A stretch of DNA of 62,383 nucleotides, from contig JABGYE010000254.1 of NCBI GenBank assembly GCA_018675395.1, forward strand, positions 1-62,383. Direction: 5' to 3'. Below, piece after piece: positions 56,631 through 62,383 of the stretch. Origin of the DNA: Akkermansiaceae bacterium (GTDB lineage Bacteria; Verrucomicrobiota; Verrucomicrobiia; Verrucomicrobiales; DEV007). Below the pieces are notes generated by a model, which was not told the DNA's origin, searched no databases, and saw only the letters and a list, made by a program, of their open reading frames with translations. The number at the start of each line of letters is the position of its first letter. Position 1 is the first letter of the stretch. A program made the position numbers and the translations under genes.

Positions 56631-57539
56631 TTAGCCTCTAGGATGAAATTCTTTGTGAATATTTTTTAGTCTCTTTTCATCTACGTGCGTATAGACTTGT
56701 GTAGTGCTGATGTCCGAGTGACCAAGCATTTCCTGAATGATTCTCAGGTCAGCCCCACCACTCAGTAAATGAGTAGCAAAGCTGTGTCTGAGTTGATGAG
56801 GGTGGATGGGTTCTTTAAGATTTGCTTTTTTTGATCGTTCTCTGACAATCTGCCATACTCGAGAAGGGCTTAATTTTGTTCCTCTGACTGAGATAAAAAT
56901 ATGATTCGAAGTTTTAGGTTTAACCATCTTTGGCCTTCCATGTTTAAGATATTTTGATATTTCTTCACTAGCTTTTGCTCCTACTGGGACGATTCTTGTT
57001 TTATTACCTTTTCCAGTGACTCTGATATAGCCTTCATCTAAGTGAAGATTTTCCAACACTGCACTGATAATTTCGCCCAAACGAAGTCCGCTAGCGTATA
57101 ATAGTTCTAAGATCGATCGATCTCTCATGCCTAGCGGATCATTAGTGCTGATAGATTCGAGGAGATTATTAACATCTTTTTCATTTAATGTTTTTGGTAG
57201 TAACCGTTGTGGTTTCGGTGATAGGAGGCCCTCAGCAATATCTTCAGCAATTAATTCTTTAGAGCAAAGGTAACGAAAGAATATTTTTAGACAGACAATG
57301 GTTTGTCTAATACTTGAAGAAGCTATGCCATCCTTTTTTCTTTTTGTTAGATAAGCCGAAAGATCTTCTGTTGTAATGTTTGAAGTGGTTTTGAAAGAAA
57401 TATGGTCTTTTGCCCATTGCGCAAAATTTTCCAGATTTCTTCTGACAAGGATCTGATAATTAGCCGATAAACCACGCTCTGTAGCAAGATACATGACGAA
57501 TTGATTGATCGCCGCATTTATATCGGTCAGTGCATTCAA
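56631..57539 (-). CDS. xerD: Tyrosine site-specific recombinase, XerC/XerD family (C-terminus more XerD-like)
   Basis: 302 aa. N-terminal SAM-like FVMYLATERGLSANYQ, catalytic ASGLRLGEI (Arg), HQLRHSFATHLLSGGADLRIIQEMLGHSDISTTQVYTHV (HxxR...H...Y). Confidence 0.75.
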   Translation of the reverse strand: MNALTDINAAINQFVMYLATERGLSANYQILVRRNLENFAQWAKDHISFKTTSNITTEDLSAYLTKRKKDGIASSSIRQTIVCLKIFFRYLCSKELIAEDIAEGLLSPKPQRLLPKTLNEKDVNNLLESISTNDPLGMRDRSILELLYASGLRLGEIISAVLENLHLDEGYIRVTGKGNKTRIVPVGAKASEEISKYLKHGRPKMVKPKTSNHIFISVRGTKLSPSRVWQIVRERSKKANLKEPIHPHQLRHSFATHLLSGGADLRIIQEMLGHSDISTTQVYTHVDEKRLKNIHKEFHPRG

Positions 57540-57615
57540 GACTCCATAAGTTCGTATATATTTCCCATCTTGTCGTTACAGAAATGCCTAAAAATAGATG
57601 GGTTATTTTGATTAT

Positions 57616-58524
57616 CTATTTGGGTTGGGATAATTTCTTAACGTGCTTAACAAGAATTTTCAAGCCTGGGTCGAGCATGCCCCCATGGTTAAACCCCTGG
57701 AGTTCATAAAGTTTGGTTTTTTGGTGCTTTGCTATTTGCATCATTCTGGCTAGGTAGGCATTTTCCTCATACCTTCCAAGCAGTTCTAATTCTTTATCGC
57801 CAGTAACGAGAACTAATGAGGGTGCATCTGCCCTGACATGGAATAGCGGAGCAAAACGATCAATGATAGGTTGATGTTCTGGGATCCCTTTTTCTTCGCG
57901 AGGCGTGAAGTGAGTTATAGTGTGCCCGCTCAGAGGAATGAGTCCCGCAATTTTGTTTGCATCTATGTCATGCGCTTGGAGGTAGGATTTATCTAGACCT
58001 ATCATACTGGTTAGGTAACCGCCAGCGGAGTGACCAGAAACAAAAATTTTATCTTTTGATCCTCTATATTTTTCTATATTTTTCATTGTCCAAGCAACTG
58101 CTGCAGCACCATCCTCAATGTATACTGGACATTGAACTTTAGGAAATAACCGGTAATTGACTGCGATTACAGCAAATCCTTTTTTCATGAGTTGGCTTGG
58201 GATTTTTTTATTTCCTGCTCTCAGCCCTCCGCCATGGAACCATACTACGGATGCAAAATTTTTGATTTTGGTAGGGTAATAAATATCTAATTTGCATCGA
58301 TTTTTTATGTATTCGTTGTTTGCTGCATTATTTAAAACTTTGTAAGAGATATTTTGTTCTGTTTTATATTCCTCAGCCTTGGAGATTAGGCCTAAAAAAG
58401 CTGACACAAATAAAATTACGATAATGGTGTGCCTCTCATATGAATTGAAATACGAGTTAGTTTTATATTTTAGCATCTTGGAGTCATAAACTATTTCAGG
58501 GTTAATTTCTTCAAAAAACATCAA
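57616..58524 (-). CDS. Alpha/beta hydrolase (esterase/lipase, HGGG class)
   Basis: 302 aa. N-terminal hydrophobic anchor, oxyanion motif VWFHGGGLRAG and nucleophile elbow VSGHSAGGYL. Confidence 0.8.
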   Translation of the reverse strand: MMFFEEINPEIVYDSKMLKYKTNSYFNSYERHTIIVILFVSAFLGLISKAEEYKTEQNISYKVLNNAANNEYIKNRCKLDIYYPTKIKNFASVVWFHGGGLRAGNKKIPSQLMKKGFAVIAVNYRLFPKVQCPVYIEDGAAAVAWTMKNIEKYRGSKDKIFVSGHSAGGYLTSMIGLDKSYLQAHDIDANKIAGLIPLSGHTITHFTPREEKGIPEHQPIIDRFAPLFHVRADAPSLVLVTGDKELELLGRYEENAYLARMMQIAKHQKTKLYELQGFNHGGMLDPGLKILVKHVKKLSQPK

Positions 58525-58614
58525 GATAATAGTCTGAATAAGTAATATAAAACTGCTTTCTTAGGCGGCGCCTCGGTCTATAGTGCTCTCCCAATAATTA
58601 CGGTTTGTTCAATA

Positions 58615-59976
58615 ATGCCCAAGGTTCATATTAAAACATACGGATGCCAGATGAACGAGAGAGACTCGTATCAAGTGGCTCAGATGTTGAAGGACCGTGG
58701 TTATATGATGACGACGGAGCAGGCTGAGGCGGATGTAATCTTGATTAATACTTGTTCTGTTCGTGACATGGCTGAACAGAAAGCCTTGAATAAGATGAGC
58801 TCAATGCAGCACCTTCGTAAGACTAGGCCTCATATTGTATATGGCTTTATGGGGTGCATGGCGCAGAGCCGCGGCAAGGAACTTCTAGGTACAGGAGCCG
58901 ATCTTGTCGTGGGAACGCAGAAATATCATAGAGTAGCTGATTATGTGGAAGAAATTTTCAGAGCTAGAGTCGAGGCAAGAATGGATGATCTGCGGACTTC
59001 GATTGTGGATACTGAAGAAGAGGCTGATTCTCAGAATACAATTAGGGACGGTGCGGCTACTGAGGGTTCAGTGACTGCATTTGTTTCTATTATGCAAGGG
59101 TGCAATATGAAATGTTCTTTTTGCATTGTTCCCTATACTAGAGGATCAGAGAGAGCGAGGCCGATTGTGGAGATAGTTGATGAAGTAAAAGGACTAGCGG
59201 ATTCTGGAATCAGGGAAGTAACTTTATTGGGTCAGATCGTTAATCTTTATGGGCGTCATGAGTTTTCTTCTGTAGAGGGGAAAAGTCCTTTCGTACAGTT
59301 ACTTGAAGCGGTGGCGCAAGTTGAAGGTATTGAGCGGGTACGATTCATCTCACCTCATCCGGTAGGGTATAAGCAGGATCTGATTGATGCATTTGGTTAT
59401 ATACCTGAATTAGTCGAGCATGTGCATTTTCCATTACAGTCTGGTTCTAATAAGATTTTAAAAGCTATGCGACGGCCATATAAGGTCGCAAAGTTTGAAG
59501 AATTAGTCGGACGAATGAGAGAGGTCTGCCCAAATATTGCGATTTCGACTGACATTATCGTTGGGTTTCCAGGTGAAAGTGAAGAGGAATATGCTGAAAC
59601 AAGGGACCTTTGTGAGAGAGTCCGTTTCGATAATGCATTTATTTTCCGATATTCAAAGCGGAGAGGAACTCCAGCGGCTCAAATTGATGAATCTCTCCAT
59701 TTACCGGAAAGGGTAAAGGAAGAAAGAAATCAGGATTTATTAAAAGTTGTGGATAAAATAGGCAGTGAGAAGAATTATTCCTTGATAGGGACTCAGCAGC
59801 AGGTCCTTTGTGAGGGTCCAAGTAAGCGTAGGGAAGATCGTTTGAGCGGAAGGACAAGAACGAATAAAATTGTTATTTTTAAAGGTGACAGTGGACGTCT
59901 TACGGGAAAATTATTTAATATTGAAATCGAACGTACTACGGGACACGTACTTTACGGGACCCCTATTTTAAACTGA
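58615..59976 (+). CDS. miaB: tRNA-2-methylthio-N6-dimethylallyladenosine synthase (radical SAM methylthiotransferase)
   Basis: 453 aa. UPF0004 N-domain IKTYGCQMNERDS...INTCSVR, radical SAM IMQGCNMKCSFCIVPYTRG, and a C-terminal TRAM domain. Confidence 0.95.
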   Translation: MPKVHIKTYGCQMNERDSYQVAQMLKDRGYMMTTEQAEADVILINTCSVRDMAEQKALNKMSSMQHLRKTRPHIVYGFMGCMAQSRGKELLGTGADLVVGTQKYHRVADYVEEIFRARVEARMDDLRTSIVDTEEEADSQNTIRDGAATEGSVTAFVSIMQGCNMKCSFCIVPYTRGSERARPIVEIVDEVKGLADSGIREVTLLGQIVNLYGRHEFSSVEGKSPFVQLLEAVAQVEGIERVRFISPHPVGYKQDLIDAFGYIPELVEHVHFPLQSGSNKILKAMRRPYKVAKFEELVGRMREVCPNIAISTDIIVGFPGESEEEYAETRDLCERVRFDNAFIFRYSKRRGTPAAQIDESLHLPERVKEERNQDLLKVVDKIGSEKNYSLIGTQQQVLCEGPSKRREDRLSGRTRTNKIVIFKGDSGRLTGKLFNIEIERTTGHVLYGTPILN

Positions 59977-59980
59977 CCAA

Positions 59981-60562
59981 ATGACTCGCCATATATACAC
60001 TCAATTTTTCACCTTACAATTTATAGGGATCGTAATAGGAGTGATTCTAGTAACTCTTCATGTCATTGCTTTATTGAAGCGTGAATCAGTCATGGATTAT
60101 CTTAAGCAATTGCCTCGCAATAAAAGTTTGGGCATTGCAATTCTGGCAATTGATTGTGTTTGGTCTTTCTGGTTGATAGGTGAAGTTGATCTTGGTGAGT
60201 TTCAGAAATGGGAAAGGCCGATCCGTTTCGGGTTACCTATTGGATTTATTTGCTTTATTTTTTGGGTCGATGAGTTTCTGGCAGTTAGAGCAGTCGGTGT
60301 TTTTTTGCTTCTCTTAGCTTGCCCGCTTCTTGATGTTGCCTTTCTTCAAGAACCCAAAACTAGAATTTTATTACCGATACTTTGTTACATATGGATATTC
60401 TTATCTCTATTCTGGATAGGAATGCCGTATCTCATGCGTGATCATATTGCTTGGGCCACAAAAACAAAAGTCCGGTGGACGAGCCTTTCTGTGAGTGGCA
60501 TTGTCTATGGATTTGTAATGATTGTTTGTGCTTTTGCTTTTTGGGGTGGTGATAAAGGCTAA
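59981..60562 (+). CDS. Hypothetical integral membrane protein (5-6 TM)
   Basis: 193-aa ORF, 4 nt after the miaB stop. Strongly hydrophobic segments; no family recognised. Confidence 0.5.
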   Translation: MTRHIYTQFFTLQFIGIVIGVILVTLHVIALLKRESVMDYLKQLPRNKSLGIAILAIDCVWSFWLIGEVDLGEFQKWERPIRFGLPIGFICFIFWVDEFLAVRAVGVFLLLLACPLLDVAFLQEPKTRILLPILCYIWIFLSLFWIGMPYLMRDHIAWATKTKVRWTSLSVSGIVYGFVMIVCAFAFWGGDKG

Positions 60563-60661
60563 TATTCGATATTTACTGGAAATAATTTATGAATTTGGAA
60601 TTGTCTCTGTGTAAGTCTATGATGATAAATTAAGAGCTAGGAACTATTATAAGTAAAAGCT

Positions 60662-61303
60662 ATGTCTGAAGAAAAAAAAGAAGGGCAATCCAGATATCAA
60701 ACATTTTTGATCTTTGGAGCTCCTGGGAGCGGTAAAGGAACTCAGGGCCGTATATTGGGCCAAACTCCAAGATTTTATCATTGTGCCTGTGGAGATGTTT
60801 TTAGGTCTTTAGATACCCGTACAGAGATTGGTCAGGAATTCGTTCAATATTCAAGTCGTGGAGAATTAGTTCCTGATGATGTTACCGTTAAACTCTGGAG
60901 GGCCGCAGTTGAAGCGAAAGTGACATCAAATGCATTTAAACCAGATATTGATTTTTTGGTTCTTGATGGAATCCCTAGGAATGTAGAGCAGGCAAGACTA
61001 ATTGATGAGCACTGTGATGTTATTCAGATTTTTCATTTGTCATGTCCGGATAGGAGCGAGTTAATGAGGAGAATCAGAAAGCGTTCCATCAAGGAAAACC
61101 GTCTCGATGATGCAACTGATGATGTTATCCAAAATCGTATTCAGCAGTACGAACAGGAAACCAAGAAATTGCTAGATCACTATTCGGCAGAAATCTTAAC
61201 TAACATTAATGCTCAGCAGAGTCCCATTAAAGTTTTGCAGGATATAATTTATACTGTGACATCTTTAAGAGTATGGCAGGAAACTTCTGACGAGATTTAT
61301 TAG
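60662..61303 (+). CDS. adk: Adenylate kinase
   Basis: 213 aa. P-loop IFGAPGSGKGTQ, GDVFRS, and LDGIPRNVEQA. Confidence 0.9.
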   Translation: MSEEKKEGQSRYQTFLIFGAPGSGKGTQGRILGQTPRFYHCACGDVFRSLDTRTEIGQEFVQYSSRGELVPDDVTVKLWRAAVEAKVTSNAFKPDIDFLVLDGIPRNVEQARLIDEHCDVIQIFHLSCPDRSELMRRIRKRSIKENRLDDATDDVIQNRIQQYEQETKKLLDHYSAEILTNINAQQSPIKVLQDIIYTVTSLRVWQETSDEIY

Positions 61304-61316
61304 TAGTTAAGTATAA

Positions 61317-62261
61317 GTGAAAATTGTTTTCCTTGGCACTGGCGATATTGGCTTACCTTCATTGAGTGCAATACAAGACTCAAAAGAGCATGAAATCTTG
61401 GCCGTATATACTCAGCCAGACAGGCCCTTTGGAAGGAAAGGTAATTTAAAAGCATCTGAAATAAAAATTTTTGCTGAATTGAATTCCATTCCAGTACATC
61501 AACCAGAAAAAATTCGGGAAGTTGAAGCTGTTGAGGGCCTGGTAAATTATTCGCCGGATATCATTTTGGTCATTGCTTATGGCCAAATATTGCCTAAATC
61601 CGTTTTAGATATTCCTAAAATAGCATGCATAAATTTACACGCATCTTTATTGCCTTATCACCGTGGAGCTGCGCCGATCCAAGCTTCGATACTGGCAGGA
61701 GATGCTCGTACGGGAGTTACTGTTATGTACGTTGATGAAGGTCTTGATGATGGTGATATTCTGTTTTCAATCTCTTTGGATATTAGGGCCAGTGAGACTG
61801 GTGGGTCCCTACATGAACGATTAGGGAAGTTGGGACCAGATGCATTAATTCATTCTCTAGATCTTTTGTCATCTGGTTCTGCTCCCAGAGAAGAACAAGA
61901 TCACGAAATAGCAAATCACGTAAATAAGATCAAACGGTCTGATGGTAAGATAAATTGGTCCAAGTCTGCCTATCACATTGATCGGCTTATCAGAGCCTAT
62001 GATCCTTGGCCAGGGACATTCACTTTTTTTCCAGACCATTCAAATATTAAGATATTTCCTCCAGTTGAAATTGTAGAATATGAGGGATCAGATCCTGGAG
62101 AGATTATTGATATGGATTCTAATGGTATCTTGGTAGCGTGTGGTACGGGTGCATTAAGAATTTCTGAAATACAGCCTTCAGGGAGGCGTAGAATGTTGGT
62201 CTCAGCATACGTAGCTGGGAAAGAATTGAAGGCCGGTGATGTTTTAGGGGTTGAAGATTGA
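61317..62261 (+). CDS. fmt: Methionyl-tRNA formyltransferase
   Basis: 314 aa with GTG start. MKIVFLGTGDIGLPSL, VYTQPDRPFGRKG, INLHASLLPYHRGAAPIQ, and a C-terminal PSGRRRM. Confidence 0.95.
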   Translation: MKIVFLGTGDIGLPSLSAIQDSKEHEILAVYTQPDRPFGRKGNLKASEIKIFAELNSIPVHQPEKIREVEAVEGLVNYSPDIILVIAYGQILPKSVLDIPKIACINLHASLLPYHRGAAPIQASILAGDARTGVTVMYVDEGLDDGDILFSISLDIRASETGGSLHERLGKLGPDALIHSLDLLSSGSAPREEQDHEIANHVNKIKRSDGKINWSKSAYHIDRLIRAYDPWPGTFTFFPDHSNIKIFPPVEIVEYEGSDPGEIIDMDSNGILVACGTGALRISEIQPSGRRRMLVSAYVAGKELKAGDVLGVED

Positions 62262-62323
62262 TAAAAACACTTTCCATTGGTGTCAGTCTGTTGTTTTCTT
62301 GGAGCAGTTACTATTCGTAAAGA

Positions 62324-62383
62324 ATGATAGAAAATACACAAAGAAAAAACTTTAAGCGGGTAATCTTAAAATTAAGCGGTGAA
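62324..62383 (+). CDS. pyrH: UMP kinase, first 20 codons; the gene continues past the right edge
   Basis: My own translation from ATG 62324 gives MIENTQRKNFKRVILKLSGE. KRV(L/I)LKLSGE is the conserved PyrH N-terminal strand/loop. Only 20 aa are visible. Confidence 0.6.
   Translation, partial: MIENTQRKNFKRVILKLSGE

Noticed and set aside
56631-57539. Tyrosine recombinase as a marker of an integrated mobile element
   Set aside because: The sequence looks like a housekeeping XerC/XerD (N-terminal SAM-like domain and a XerD-like C-terminus). It is flanked by cutA and an esterase, with no tRNA, direct repeats, excisionase or cargo-like genes.
57564-57602. Inverted repeat CCCATCT...AGATGGG between the esterase and xerD-like genes as a terminator
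   Set aside because: The 7-bp stem has a ~25-nt loop and no adjacent U-tract on the transcribed (minus) strand, so it is too weak to call.

Overview
This is a 62.4-kb, visibly AT-rich and very gene-dense chromosomal segment. It holds about 50 CDS, and the longest non-coding gaps are under about 190 bp. The gene content suggests a marine PVC-superphylum bacterium, most likely Verrucomicrobiota. That is an inference from several features: a DUF1549/DUF1553 + DUF1501 pair, a DUF1592-family + DUF1552 pair, a PVC-type heme-binding dehydrogenase-like protein, a prepilin-type N-terminal-motif protein, three Cys-type sulfatases, DUF1080, and a giant CotH/lamin-tail protein. The backbone is housekeeping: NIF3-like, ychF, metX, monomeric icd, pabB-like, rpe, tadA, ABC-F, FKBP, dxs, xseB, an NtrB/NtrC-like two-component pair, cutA, xerD-like, miaB, adk, fmt and the start of pyrH. 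I saw no rRNA, tRNA, CRISPR array, transposase, phage gene or recognisable defence gene, and no intergenic space is large enough to hide one. I cannot point to a clear-cut novel multi-gene system. The best candidates for undescribed biology are listed here in my order of preference. (1) A translationally coupled SAM-methyltransferase plus a single-ORF fusion of a DUF455-type di-iron domain and an ATP-grasp-like domain (2944-5665). (2) A two-gene operon encoding a membrane-anchored unknown protein and a degenerate-receiver / degenerate-kinase / TM / FGE-fold sensor-like protein (35232-38292). (3) A tightly spaced four-gene unit joining hydroxyproline catabolic enzymes to an enigmatic DUF1592-family/DUF1552 pair (12597-18411). 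(4) A UbiA-like membrane protein coupled by an ATGA overlap to a methyltransferase (32874-34378). (5) A 1735-aa secreted CotH/LTD protein with an internal duplication (5632-10839). All functional calls come from motif recognition by eye. No searches or computations were run.
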